A stretch of DNA of 64,000 bases from Candidatus Hodarchaeota archaeon (GTDB taxonomy: Archaea; Asgardarchaeota; Lokiarchaeia; Sigyniarchaeales; SOKP01): positions 295,532 to 359,531 of the forward strand of contig JBHLKM010000002.1 in NCBI GenBank assembly GCA_048886685.1. The letters are read 5' to 3'. The number at the start of each line of letters is the position of its first letter. Within the stretch, counting starts at the first letter, position 1. The position numbers and the translations under genes are program-made. Positions 39,569-49,722 of the stretch are shown piece after piece. Under the pieces are notes generated by a model, which saw nothing but the letters and a program-made list of their open reading frames with translations, ran no database searches and was not told where the DNA came from.

Positions 39569-40036
39569 TTGAGTAAGCCTAAAATGACGCCAGAGGATCT
39601 AGATAAATGGATAGAGGAGCTTCAGAAAGAAATAATAGAAGAAGCAGTATTAAAATACAATGAATATATAGTTCAATTGCTTCAAAATCCAAGAAACTGG
39701 GGGAAACCAAAAAATTCTGAGATAAGCGTCTGGCATGCATACGAGGGTCCATGTGGCGATACCATGCAATTTTTTTTAAAAATTGAGAATAATGTAATTG
39801 AAAAAGCTCATTTTATAACTGACGGTTGCGGAGCGACTGTAGCAGCAGGTAGTCAAACGACAATGATGATAGAAGGAAAACCTTTGGAGTATATCGAAAG
39901 TTTAAAACCAATAGACATAGATAATGCTTTAGGAGGATTACCAAATGACCATAAACATTGTGCTGAATTAGCAATTAGAACGTTAACACGTGCAATTGAG
40001 AAATACAAGTTTCAAAACATCAAAAAGGATTCTTAA
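39569..40036 (+). CDS. IscU/NifU-N-type Fe-S scaffold
   Basis: NPRNWG, GPCGD, DGCGAT, HKHCAELA. Confidence 0.9.
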   Translation: MSKPKMTPEDLDKWIEELQKEIIEEAVLKYNEYIVQLLQNPRNWGKPKNSEISVWHAYEGPCGDTMQFFLKIENNVIEKAHFITDGCGATVAAGSQTTMMIEGKPLEYIESLKPIDIDNALGGLPNDHKHCAELAIRTLTRAIEKYKFQNIKKDS

Positions 40037-40043
40037 GAATAAT

Positions 40044-40979
40044 ATGAAATATATATATGGTCCTGTACCTAGTAGGAGATTAGGGTATTCATTAGGAATT
40101 GATCCAATCCCTTCAAAAACATGTAATTACCAATGTATCTATTGTCAATTAGGAAGAACAACTAACTTTACTAATGTCAGAGAAAATTATTTTCCTAAGA
40201 AAGATATAATTGCTGAAATTGAACAAACTATTAATTCATTTGACGATGAGATAGATTATATAACATTTGTAGGAAGTGGCGAACCCACTCTATATAAAGA
40301 TTTAAAAGATTTAATTTTAAAGGTTAAAGAGCTATCAGAAAAGCCTGTATGTGTGATTACAAATGGAAGTTTGTTTTGTCAAAAAGAAGTTCAAAGAAGT
40401 TTAATGTATTCTGATCTTGTTCTTCCTAGTTTTGATGCTGGAGATGGCAAAACTTTCATAAAAATTAATCGTCCTCATCCCGCTATTCGTTTCGAAAATT
40501 TATTAAAAGGATTGATAAATTTTAGGAAAATTTTTAGGGGGAAGTTTTGGGTAGAAGTGATGTTATTGAAGGGGATGAATGATTCAAAAGAAGAATTATT
40601 AAAAATTAAAAGAAACTTGGACTTGATTAAACCAGATAGAATTGATATCAATGTTCCGATAAGACCTCCTACAGAGAAATGGGTAAGAATTCCTGATGAG
40701 AGTGTAATTTCGATTTTAAATGAAGTATTCGAAGATTATTCCAATATCAATTATCCTGAAAAAGGAAAATTCAGTATTCATTCAGCTAATTTCGAAAAAG
40801 AAATTATATCTATCTTAGAAAGGCATCCAATGAGACAGAATCAGATTATTGAAACCTTTTTATCCTCTAATTTCAACAAAGATAAAATTATCGCAGAGTT
40901 AGAAGCGCTTAAATCTAAAAAAAAAATAATAAAAATTATCTATAATAAAGAAATTTTTTGGAAAATAAAAATAGATTAG
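40044..40979 (+). CDS. Radical SAM protein
   Basis: MKYIYGPVPSRRLGYSLG, CNYQCIYC, GSGEPTL; ATG 40044 preferred over the track start 39990. Confidence 0.92.
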   Translation: MKYIYGPVPSRRLGYSLGIDPIPSKTCNYQCIYCQLGRTTNFTNVRENYFPKKDIIAEIEQTINSFDDEIDYITFVGSGEPTLYKDLKDLILKVKELSEKPVCVITNGSLFCQKEVQRSLMYSDLVLPSFDAGDGKTFIKINRPHPAIRFENLLKGLINFRKIFRGKFWVEVMLLKGMNDSKEELLKIKRNLDLIKPDRIDINVPIRPPTEKWVRIPDESVISILNEVFEDYSNINYPEKGKFSIHSANFEKEIISILERHPMRQNQIIETFLSSNFNKDKIIAELEALKSKKKIIKIIYNKEIFWKIKID

Positions 40980-41014
40980 AAATTAAATTCAAAATTAAAA
41001 ATAATAGAAAGAGT

Positions 41015-41752
41015 ATGATAATATTATTAATCCTGCTTTTTAGCATTATAGGTAGTGTTGGAGCAATAATTACAGCTGGAATCTTTTTAATGCTTAAAAA
41101 TAAAATACAGGAGGCACTTATACCCTGCTTAATTTCTTATGCAATTGGTACTTTACTAACGGCAGCATTATTAGGGATGATACCAAAAGCTTTATCCAAT
41201 AGCAATCCTACATTAACTATGCTATTCGTTTTAATTGGGATTATTAGTTTCTTCCTTCTTGAAAAAACTGTGATTTGGCATCATTGTCATAATCGCGAAT
41301 GTGAATTACATAGCGCTCCAGGACCTATTCTTCTGATTGGAGATTCACTTCATAATTTTATGGATGGTGTCGTTATTGCAGCTAGTTTTTTAATTTCACC
41401 TTCTATTGGTGTGATTGTTGGTCTCTCAGTTGTAACTCATGAAATTCCTCAAGAAATTGGTGATTTTGCCATACTTCTTGATAGCGGTTATTCAAAAAAG
41501 AAAGCCTTTCTTTTTAATTCCTTATCCAGTTCAAGTACTATTCCCGCTGCACTTATTAGTTATTATATTTTAGATATTATTAGTACATTAATTCCCTTTT
41601 TCTTGGCAATTTCAGCAGCGAGTTTTATTTATATTGCTTTAACTGATCTGACACCAAATTTACATCGAAAAGTAGGATCGAAATATGCTATCACACAAAC
41701 TACCTTAATTATTGCTGGAATTGGAACAATTATTTTAATTCTTTCATTATAA
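41015..41752 (+). CDS. ZIP-family divalent metal transporter
   Basis: WHHCH loop, GDSLHNFMDG, HEIPQEIGDF; ATG 41015 preferred. Confidence 0.92.
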   Translation: MIILLILLFSIIGSVGAIITAGIFLMLKNKIQEALIPCLISYAIGTLLTAALLGMIPKALSNSNPTLTMLFVLIGIISFFLLEKTVIWHHCHNRECELHSAPGPILLIGDSLHNFMDGVVIAASFLISPSIGVIVGLSVVTHEIPQEIGDFAILLDSGYSKKKAFLFNSLSSSSTIPAALISYYILDIISTLIPFFLAISAASFIYIALTDLTPNLHRKVGSKYAITQTTLIIAGIGTIILILSL

Positions 41753-41759
41753 TATTATT

Positions 41760-42157
41760 ATGTTTTGTTAATACCATAGGGATTATGAAATTGTAAGGAC
41801 ATTTGGAGACACAGTTTAAATAATTACAACATTGATTTATATTCTTTTTATTGAACTCAATTAACTTTTTATTATTTTTTAAGTTATAAGTAAGATAAAA
41901 TAAATTTTGAAAGTAAAAATCATTCTCTAAACATTTTTTACAAACATTATATCTTAACCTTCTACCAATGAAATTACTTCTATTGCCTTATTTTCTCAAA
42001 CACTAACACATTTCAGACAACCTTTGCATTTATTATAGTCTACATATCTTAAGGAATTTCTAAAAAATATTGCTTTCGAGGGGCAAGAATGTGAGTATTT
42101 TTGACAAAGAATACAAAATTGGGGATTAATATTTATAGGGAATAGTTTTTCCATCAT
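41760..42157 (-). pseudogene. Degraded polyferredoxin
   Basis: MMEKLFPININPQFCILCQKYSHSCP...CKGCLKCVSV*ENKAI, then out-of-frame remnants YNVCKKC and CNYLNCVSKCP; Cys-to-Tyr changes, stops and frameshifts. Downstream boundary approximate. Confidence 0.65.
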
Positions 42158-42171
42158 TTATTTATAAATAA

Positions 42172-42555
42172 TCAAATATATGACTCATTGAGATTTTCTA
42201 GAGCGTTTGACACTTCTGGATTCATATGGTGCTCGATTTCACATGATAATTGCTGTACTAAATTCTTATTTTTCAATTTTAAAACACGAGAAAAGAAATT
42301 AATTAAGGAATTATAATTTTTGATGATATTCAGGGCAATTTCTTTGCCTTTTTTTGTTAATCTAATAGATTTTCTCGGTTTCCAATCTATATATTCATGT
42401 TCTCTCAGATTATATAACATATTAGTTACTGAGGATGGTTTAACATCTAAAAAATTTGAAATCTCCGAGTTAGAGGTCCACCCACCCTTATTATTTTTTG
42501 AAATCAAATAAATTGCTTTTAAATAATCTTCATAGCTTTTATGAATATTAGTCAT
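42172..42555 (-). CDS. DtxR/MntR-family metal-dependent repressor
   Basis: EDYLKAIY, VKPSSVTNML, LTKKG, CEIEHH. Confidence 0.92.
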   Translation of the reverse strand: MTNIHKSYEDYLKAIYLISKNNKGGWTSNSEISNFLDVKPSSVTNMLYNLREHEYIDWKPRKSIRLTKKGKEIALNIIKNYNSLINFFSRVLKLKNKNLVQQLSCEIEHHMNPEVSNALENLNESYI

Positions 42556-42604
42556 TTTTTGATAAAAACCTCTTTAAAATTATAAAAAATTAAAAAAAAT
42601 GTGA

Positions 42605-42949
42605 TTATTCTTCTTTTTCTAATTCAGTAATTCTTTTTGAGATATCATCTATTGTGCTTTTTATGGTATTCATCTCTGATTCTAGATAATCTTTCTGTTG
42701 TTTAAGCATACTTAATTGATTTTCTGGGATAATTCTTGACATGATTGGTGGTGCATATTGTGGATAAATTGGAACTCCATAACTTCTGCCCCAACCTCTA
42801 CCATATCCCATACCTCTTCCTCGCCACCATCCTCGACCCATTCCCGGACCTTTTGTATATCCTGGCGTATCATAACCTGCACAATATCCTAAACCTCTAC
42901 CTGTCATTGACCCTAATCCTCTAGGGCCAGTTCTATCTCCACTTGGCAT
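42605..42949 (-). CDS. DUF5320-family Gly/Arg-rich protein
   Basis: MPSGDRTGPRGLGSMTGRGLGYCAG, GRG repeats, C-terminal coiled coil. Confidence 0.88.
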   Translation of the reverse strand: MPSGDRTGPRGLGSMTGRGLGYCAGYDTPGYTKGPGMGRGWWRGRGMGYGRGWGRSYGVPIYPQYAPPIMSRIIPENQLSMLKQQKDYLESEMNTIKSTIDDISKRITELEKEE

Positions 42950-43016
42950 TTTTTATTTTTCACCTCACTTATTTTTTTTCTAAGTTAATATAAGATATAC
43001 TCAAATATAAACTTAC

Positions 43017-43091
43017 TGAATGATTATTCACAATAGCCTCTCATCATAAGGGAATACATTTATACCTAGGTTTTTTGTGAATGATAATTCA
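43017..43091. promoter_or_regulatory. Two TGAAT-N4-ATTCA sites
   Basis: TGAATGATTATTCA 43017-43030; TGAATGATAATTCA 43078-43091. Confidence 0.7.
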
Positions 43092-43268
43092 CTATAATTA
43101 TATGTAAAAATATGAAATTTTAAAATTTTTCACTTTTAATAGAATTATTCAAAAATTGATGCTTTTCTTTATTAGATAATCTTATTAATAAAATTTCTAC
43201 ATTTTGATTAACTTTATTTTCTTGAACTATGAATTCCTTTATTTTAATATCAGATAAATCTTTTTTTA

Positions 43269-43286
43269 TTAGGTACAACTAATAAT
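43269..43286 (+). promoter_or_regulatory. DtxR-type operator candidate upstream of the feoA pseudogene
   Basis: TTAGGTACAACTAATAAT; 17/18 identical to 49630-49647. Confidence 0.6.
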
Positions 43287-43359
43287 ATTAAATATGAATA
43301 ATCAATATGCTTAATTAGGATTGAAGAATTAATCTTTGTTGAAATGAAATATCATAGAT

Positions 43360-43615
43360 ATGTTATTTAAAGGCAATTCTAACAAGCCCAAACATAAAAT
43401 TCCTATATTAGGTTCTTTAAATGAAATTCCAATAGGGAAAGAATTTACAATACTTCGAGTTAATGCCGGTTATTATGTTAAGGAAAAAATTGACTGTTTA
43501 GGAATTATTCTTGGTTGCTCCTTTTCGAGGACCAATCGAGATAGAAGTAAAGGGAAGTTCTTTAATACTTGGTAGGGGATTAACATCCAAAATTATTGTG
43601 CTTATTATTGATTAG
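43360..43615 (+). pseudogene. feoA: feoA pseudogene (internal deletion with frameshift)
   Basis: RVNAG...LGII in the first frame; APFRGPIEIEVKGSSLILGRGL resumes at 43517 in another frame; compare 49723..49992. Confidence 0.8.
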
Positions 43616-43693
43616 TTTTATTGGTTAATATAATCCATTTAGAAAGAAAATCAGAAAATTTGAAGTCTTTTTTCTTTTGCTGTAAATTTTTTA

Positions 43694-44221
43694 TTATTTT
43701 TCCTCATATCTTTTTTCCAACACTACCATAATTGGCCTGAATCCTGTACTCCCAAAGACTTTAAGCAATTTTTCTGGGGTTTTATAACCAAGATTAATTC
43801 TTATTAACTCACATCCCCAGGATCTTAATATTTGTGTAGCTTTATCTGCTAAGATTTTACCTATATTATTGCCTATAAATTCTTTTTTGATTGCCCAATT
43901 TTCCAAGTAACCAATGTATTGGCCTAATGTATTTTTTGAGGCTTCGATCATTCCCATACCTATGACTTCATTAGTTGATTTCAGTTCAGCAATCAAAGTT
44001 ATTCGTTTTAAATTAGGTTTAAATAGCCTTAAACCAGATGAGGGTCTCCATTGTGTTTTATTTAAACCAATGTTGTAAATATCGCTAAGCTGTATTAAGA
44101 TTTCTAAAGTGGCTTGATAATCAGTAGTTTTATAATTTCTAATTATAATCTGACTTTTGTTGAATTTCTTCTTAGGTATATATCTTTCTTTTTTCACTTC
44201 AAAATTCACTATAATTACCAC
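43694..44221 (-). CDS. GNAT-family acetyltransferase, paralogue of 7766..8263
   Basis: Shared blocks KRITLIAELKSTNE, GMIEASKN, WAIKKEFIG. Confidence 0.8.
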   Translation of the reverse strand: MVIIVNFEVKKERYIPKKKFNKSQIIIRNYKTTDYQATLEILIQLSDIYNIGLNKTQWRPSSGLRLFKPNLKRITLIAELKSTNEVIGMGMIEASKNTLGQYIGYLENWAIKKEFIGNNIGKILADKATQILRSWGCELIRINLGYKTPEKLLKVFGSTGFRPIMVVLEKRYEEK

Positions 44222-44238
44222 ATTCTCTAAGTTTTTTC

Positions 44239-44546
44239 TGAATAAATATTCATAATATATAAAGAATCAATACTATATATATGTAAGCTTATCTCAAATT
44301 GCTCCAAACCTCAAATTTCATCAGATCTTAAGATTACAAAGTATAGATAAGATCTATCCTTTAGTTTTGTATCAAGACAAAATCAGATTTTGTTGAATAT
44401 TGTTTCGAGGATTTAGAGGGATAATTTTTAACTACAAATTAATTTTATATTTTCTGAATAATTATTCATTAGATTTTTATAAGTTTGAATCATTTAATTA
44501 TTTAAATTAAAATAGAATTAAATTAAAATAAATGAATAAACATTCA
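44239..44546. promoter_or_regulatory. Three TGAAT-N4-ATTCA sites in the GNAT/cdhA divergent region
   Basis: 44239-44252, 44455-44468, 44533-44546. Confidence 0.75.
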
Positions 44547-44580
44547 AAAATTAAAATCCTAAAAATCGAATGAAAAACTT

Positions 44581-46929
44581 ATGAGTAGAAAAAGTGCGAG
44601 AATAAAGATTGATGAATATAAAGGTCCTATAGGCTTAATAAAAGGATTCGAATTAACAACAGGTAATATAAGTTTTGGTGATGAAACAGAATGGGAACCA
44701 ATGGGTCCGCATCCAATGCCACATATTCCAACTCTACGTAGCTGGTTTTTTAAGTTAATGGAACGATATAAACCATTTTATATGCCTATTTGCGATATGT
44801 GTTGTCTTTGTACTTATGGGAAATGCAATCTTTCAAAAGGACGAACTGGAGCCTGTGGAATTAACATGGAAACCCAACAAGCTAGAATAGTTGAAATAGC
44901 TTGTTGTATTGGCGCAGCATGTCACAGTGCTCATGGAGATCATTTATTACATTGGCTTAAGGAGAAGTATGGAAATGTCCCAATTAATTTTGGCAATAAT
45001 ATTGAGGTTGAAATGCCACATACTCGATTAGTAATAGGAATGAAACCAGAAACATTAGAAGACCTTGAAACTGCAATGGAATGGGTACATTTCACCATCA
45101 CTCATTTACTTGCAGCAGGACATACAGGACAAGAATCAAATTATCTAGATTTTGAATCAAAAAGTTTTCTAGCTGGTTTAGCAGATTCAGTTGGAATGGA
45201 AATCTCAGATGCGGCTCAAATCGCAGCATATGGTTTTCCTATGGGTGAACCTAATGTTCCTATTGTTGAATTAGGAATGGGTACAATGGATCCTGAAAAT
45301 AAGGCCACAATTCTAATGATTGGTCATAATGTAGCTCCAGGAGTAGAACTTGTTGATTATATGCGAGAAAAAAATCTTGAAGATAAAGTAGATGTTGGAG
45401 CAATTTGTTGTACTGCCTTAGATTTAACTCGTTACTATTCCGCTGCCAAAATTGTTGGCTCACTTTCTCGTCAGATATTTTATATTCGTTCTGGATTAGC
45501 GGATGTTGTAATGGTTGATGAACAATGTGTTAACCTACGTAGTTTTGAACAAGCAAAATTAGTAAATGCACCATTTATTGCTACAAATGAAAAAATAATG
45601 GGAGGATTACCCGATAGGACAAATGATTCTGCTGAAGAAATAATAGATGATTTAGTTAGTGGCAAAATGGATGGAGTACTAATTTTGGATCCCATAAAGG
45701 CAGGAAAGGTGGCTGTTGAAACTGCTATTAAAGTCAGACCTTTAAGAAAAGCCAAGAGTGGAATTCCCGATGAGCAGAGTTGTATCAATATGGCAATGAA
45801 CTGTAATGGTTGTGGTAATTGCCAGAGGAATTGTCCAAATGATTTACCTCTCGTTGCTGGTATAGAAGAGGTAAAAGATGGTGATTTTTCAATATTACTA
45901 GATGTGTTTGATTCTTGTTTAGATTGTGGTAGATGCGAGTCTGATTGTATGAAAGAAGTATCTCCTTTAACTTTAATCATGTATGCTGGAAGGGAAAAAA
46001 TACGGAATGAAAAATATAATTGTAGAGCTGGGAGAGGCCCGATTATGGATACAGAAATTAGGAATGTAGGTGCCCCAATCGTCTTAGGAGAAATTCCAGG
46101 TATTGTTGCGATAATTGGATGTGCAAATTACGCCAAAGATATTCAGGAATTATATCTAATGGCAGAAGAATTTTGTAAGAGAAATTATATTGTAGTAGTA
46201 TCTGGATGTGGAGCGATGGATATTGGTCTCGTAAAGGATGAGGAAGGAAAAACTTTGTATGATAGATTTCCTGGTGATTTTGACAGAGGGGGCTTAATAA
46301 ATGTAGGATCATGTGTTTCAAATCCTCATATTACTGGGGCAGCAATTAAAGTAGCAAATATATTCGCAAGACGTCCATTACGAGGAAATTTTGAAGAAAT
46401 TGCGGATTATATTTTAAACCGTGTTGGAGCCGTTGGTGTTGCATGGGGCGCAATGTCTCAGAAGGCAGCTAGTATCGCAAGTATGGCTAATAGTGCAGGT
46501 ATTCCCGCAGTTCTAGGTCCCCATTCTGCAGAATATAGGAGAATGTACATTGGTAGATCAGATGATGAAAACTCTTGGAAGGTCTTTAACGCTAGAGATG
46601 GGACACCAGATCATTTAATAGGTCCTGGTCCAGAACATTTGTTAACTACTGCTGAATCAATCGAACAAGCAATTTGTTTAGTTGCTAAAATGTGTTTAAG
46701 ACCAGCTGACAATTCCAAAGGGAGAATGATAAAATTATCTCACTGGATTGATTTAGAAAGAAAATATAAAGGTGTAGATTTTCCTAATGATTTAGAAAAA
46801 TTTATTCGTGTTGAGGCTGATATCCCGATTAATATAAAAACTGAAATCTTAGACTATTTAGAGGAGAAGGAGTGGACATCAAAAGATTTAATCGATCCTA
46901 CCCTGCTTAAGAGAATTTGCCGTGAATAA
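44581..46929 (+). CDS. cdhA: Archaeal CO dehydrogenase, CODH/ACS alpha subunit
   Basis: CDMCCLCTYGKC, HSAHGDH, IGHN, ICCTA, inserted 2x[4Fe-4S], GSCVSNPH, WGAMSQKA. Confidence 0.97.
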   Translation: MSRKSARIKIDEYKGPIGLIKGFELTTGNISFGDETEWEPMGPHPMPHIPTLRSWFFKLMERYKPFYMPICDMCCLCTYGKCNLSKGRTGACGINMETQQARIVEIACCIGAACHSAHGDHLLHWLKEKYGNVPINFGNNIEVEMPHTRLVIGMKPETLEDLETAMEWVHFTITHLLAAGHTGQESNYLDFESKSFLAGLADSVGMEISDAAQIAAYGFPMGEPNVPIVELGMGTMDPENKATILMIGHNVAPGVELVDYMREKNLEDKVDVGAICCTALDLTRYYSAAKIVGSLSRQIFYIRSGLADVVMVDEQCVNLRSFEQAKLVNAPFIATNEKIMGGLPDRTNDSAEEIIDDLVSGKMDGVLILDPIKAGKVAVETAIKVRPLRKAKSGIPDEQSCINMAMNCNGCGNCQRNCPNDLPLVAGIEEVKDGDFSILLDVFDSCLDCGRCESDCMKEVSPLTLIMYAGREKIRNEKYNCRAGRGPIMDTEIRNVGAPIVLGEIPGIVAIIGCANYAKDIQELYLMAEEFCKRNYIVVVSGCGAMDIGLVKDEEGKTLYDRFPGDFDRGGLINVGSCVSNPHITGAAIKVANIFARRPLRGNFEEIADYILNRVGAVGVAWGAMSQKAASIASMANSAGIPAVLGPHSAEYRRMYIGRSDDENSWKVFNARDGTPDHLIGPGPEHLLTTAESIEQAICLVAKMCLRPADNSKGRMIKLSHWIDLERKYKGVDFPNDLEKFIRVEADIPINIKTEILDYLEEKEWTSKDLIDPTLLKRICRE

Positions 46930-47020
46930 TGTTGATAAACATTAAAAATATAAGAACAATTTAGAATATGAAATAAAAACCTCTTTATTTTTTATTAAAA
47001 AAAGATGGGTTGAATTTTTA

Positions 47021-48043
47021 GTGATTAAAACTGAAATTTCACTTCTAACAAATAATCACATCACGCCATTTCAAAATCTCTATAAAGAGCAAAGGATAAA
47101 ATGTGTTGAATTTAACAAATTGTTCGCAACACGCTCCCTAGCAGAACACGGATTAGGATTTTTAATTAATATTTATGGAATTGATAACAACAATGATCTA
47201 TATGAAAAGAAAATATTGTCAAAAATAATATTTGATACAGGGAGCTCTAATTTAACTTTTATACATAACTTAAATATTCGAGGTTATCAAATATATGATA
47301 TCAATAGCATTATTTTGTCTCATTGGCATTACGACCATACAGGAGGATTATATAGGATTTTACAAGGTATAGAAGACAAGATACCCGTAATCTGCCATGA
47401 ATCTGCTCAATTTGAAAGATTTTTTAGGAGAACGGATGATATTAAATTTAGAGATTTAATAGGGAAGACGAGGAGAGAAATTCTACCAATGTTATCAGCA
47501 TCTAAAATTATTAACCAAGAGCCTATAGATGTAAAAAAAATTAAAAATTTAGGTGGCAAAGTCATATTCTCTAAAAACAATTATGAACTTTTTAACTTCG
47601 ATGGCTTAAAAATAATTATTAGCGGTGAAATTCCTAGAAATTATGATATTGAAGATTTCAATTCCTTTTATTTGCTTCACGACAATATAATTAAAAATGA
47701 TAAGATATTAGATGACAAATGTCTAATATTTGAATATGAAAATAATATAGTCTTATTAACTGGTTGTTGTCATTCAGGGATAATGAATACACTTAATTAT
47801 ATAAAATCTATTACAGACAAACCGATTAGCCATATAATAGGAGGTTTTCATATGGCTTATGCTTCGAATCAGCGTATTAAAGAGACAATAAAATATTTAA
47901 AATCATTTCAAAAATATGAAAATCCTCTATATTTGTTCCCTCTTCATTGTTCTGGAGAAAAATTTCTATTTGAGTTAATAAAAGCGAATAATCCTAATTT
48001 AAAGGCATTCAATATGAGTGTAGGAACAGTTTTTAATTTTTAA
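47021..48043 (+). CDS. MBL-fold metallohydrolase (COG1237-like)
   Basis: AEHGL, FDTG, SHWHYDHTGG, GCCHSG, GGFH, HCSG. Confidence 0.9.
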   Translation: MIKTEISLLTNNHITPFQNLYKEQRIKCVEFNKLFATRSLAEHGLGFLINIYGIDNNNDLYEKKILSKIIFDTGSSNLTFIHNLNIRGYQIYDINSIILSHWHYDHTGGLYRILQGIEDKIPVICHESAQFERFFRRTDDIKFRDLIGKTRREILPMLSASKIINQEPIDVKKIKNLGGKVIFSKNNYELFNFDGLKIIISGEIPRNYDIEDFNSFYLLHDNIIKNDKILDDKCLIFEYENNIVLLTGCCHSGIMNTLNYIKSITDKPISHIIGGFHMAYASNQRIKETIKYLKSFQKYENPLYLFPLHCSGEKFLFELIKANNPNLKAFNMSVGTVFNF

Positions 48044-48051
48044 AATAATTT

Positions 48052-49575
48052 AAAACTATTTTATCCTGATTTACACTAAATATCCAATTTACTTTGACTA
48101 GATATTAGATTAAAAAATACGTTTATTGTTTATGGAGATGAGGATTAGAGCATTATATTTGGAAAAACATTAATTTTAAGATTACGTAAAATCCATAAAA
48201 ACCTATTAATAGTCCAGCTTCCCACTGTTTAAGCTTTTTTTGAGACCACAAGAACGAGATTGCAATTGATAGACCAACAAGAAGCAATGGTATATCGAAA
48301 AATAATAATATTGGAGTTACATTAAAATCAATAAATAATACACCTGATCCAGTTGCTAGTAGTATATCGCAGATATTAGAGCCCAAGATATCACCTATAG
48401 CAATTCCACACGATCTTCGTCGTAAAGCTGTTAAATCCGCTACAAGCTCGGGTAAGCTCGTACCTATTCCTACGATTAATAACCCAATTACATTTTCGGG
48501 AATATTTAATTCTGTTGCTAACCTATGCGCCGAGATAATCGTAAATTCTGCTCCAATCAACAAAATAAAGAGTCCAATTAATAAAATACCAATTTCTTTT
48601 AGGGTTGACGATGTTTTTATAGGATTCTCGATGATTTCAAAATCTTTAGTTTGTAATCTTTCTTCTTTCATATTGTGGATTTCTAATCCTGTTTTTATAA
48701 TTTTTTTTTCGCTCCAAATTATTATTAATAAGTATGCTATGTATGCAATTATCATTAAAATACCCTCAATGCGAGATAAAACACCATCAATAGCAAATAT
48801 CAAAAATATGAATATTGAAATAAATAACATTGGTCCTTCTCGTCTTAACTCCCATTTGCTAACCATAATGGATTGACTTATACCCAAAATCCCTAAAATA
48901 AGCGTAATTTGGGTAAGAAAAGAGCCAATTTTATTTCCGATTACAATTCCATCGATTGTTGTATCTATTCCTGTTAGTTTGTCGATACCTCCCATGATAC
49001 TTACTGTGATTTCAGGCAAACTAGTACCAATTGCTAAAATAGTGAGCCCCACTAATAAATGACTTATGCCTAAACGGTTAGCTATGCTTTCAAGCCCAAT
49101 TATGGCAAATTTAGCACCAAAATATAAACCGATAAAACCTAATAAAAGAAATCCAATAATTAAAGTTAATATTAATAACATAGCTCCAATTATTTTTTTG
49201 AAAGGCCCCTATAAAGATAAAATTTTAATGACAACAATTTTAAGTTTAAATTTAATATAAAGTTATCCATTCTTTATCCAAAGATTATCCATATCTCGGA
49301 TATAACCCATCCATCTCTATTCGATAAAAAATACTTAATAGATTAAAGTCTTCTATAAATGCCATAAGATTTATTTCTAAATTTTTTAGAGAAAATTGGA
49401 TTTCTAGAATCCCTATAGTTTCTCATCCAAAAACTTCAAATACAATATCACCAACAGCAACAATATTCCAAAACTATTCAATTTGAAAACTATTTAATCA
49501 TGATTTGCACTAAATATCCAAATTATTTTTAGGAATTGGTGTACTAAAAAACATATTTATTGTTTGTGGCAGTGA
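48052..49575 (+). repeat. Diverged direct repeat of about 90 bp (48052-48141 and 49487-49575) flanking the antiporter gene
   Basis: AAAACTATTT.ATC.TGATTT.CACTAAATATCCAA...TTTATTGTTT.TGG present in both. Confidence 0.6.
48153..49181 (-). CDS. Ca2+/Na+ antiporter (YrbG/CaCA family)
   Basis: Two GTSLPE alpha repeats, GNKIGS/GDILGSN. Confidence 0.92.
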   Translation of the reverse strand: MLLILTLIIGFLLLGFIGLYFGAKFAIIGLESIANRLGISHLLVGLTILAIGTSLPEITVSIMGGIDKLTGIDTTIDGIVIGNKIGSFLTQITLILGILGISQSIMVSKWELRREGPMLFISIFIFLIFAIDGVLSRIEGILMIIAYIAYLLIIIWSEKKIIKTGLEIHNMKEERLQTKDFEIIENPIKTSSTLKEIGILLIGLFILLIGAEFTIISAHRLATELNIPENVIGLLIVGIGTSLPELVADLTALRRRSCGIAIGDILGSNICDILLATGSGVLFIDFNVTPILLFFDIPLLLVGLSIAISFLWSQKKLKQWEAGLLIGFYGFYVILKLMFFQI

Positions 49576-49629
49576 TTCTCTGTTTAATCAAAATTATTTA
49601 TAAAAAATAAAAGGAAATAAATTTTTATC

Positions 49630-49647
49630 TTAGGTGCAACTAATAAT
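49630..49647 (+). promoter_or_regulatory. DtxR-type operator candidate upstream of feoAB
   Basis: TTAGGTGCAACTAA near-palindrome next to a TTTAAATA TATA-like box. Confidence 0.65.
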
Positions 49648-49722
49648 TTTAAATATGATTCATGATTTATAATATTATAGAAAGAAAAATTATATTAAAA
49701 AAAACCTCGATGGAATCAAAAA

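Noticed and set aside
41954-42157. Ferredoxin with TGA (41996-41998) at a Cys position, as a second selenoprotein
   Set aside because: The same locus has Cys-to-Tyr changes, a TAA and frameshifted downstream cluster motifs, and I saw no SECIS-like hairpin. Pseudogene is more parsimonious, though not excluded.
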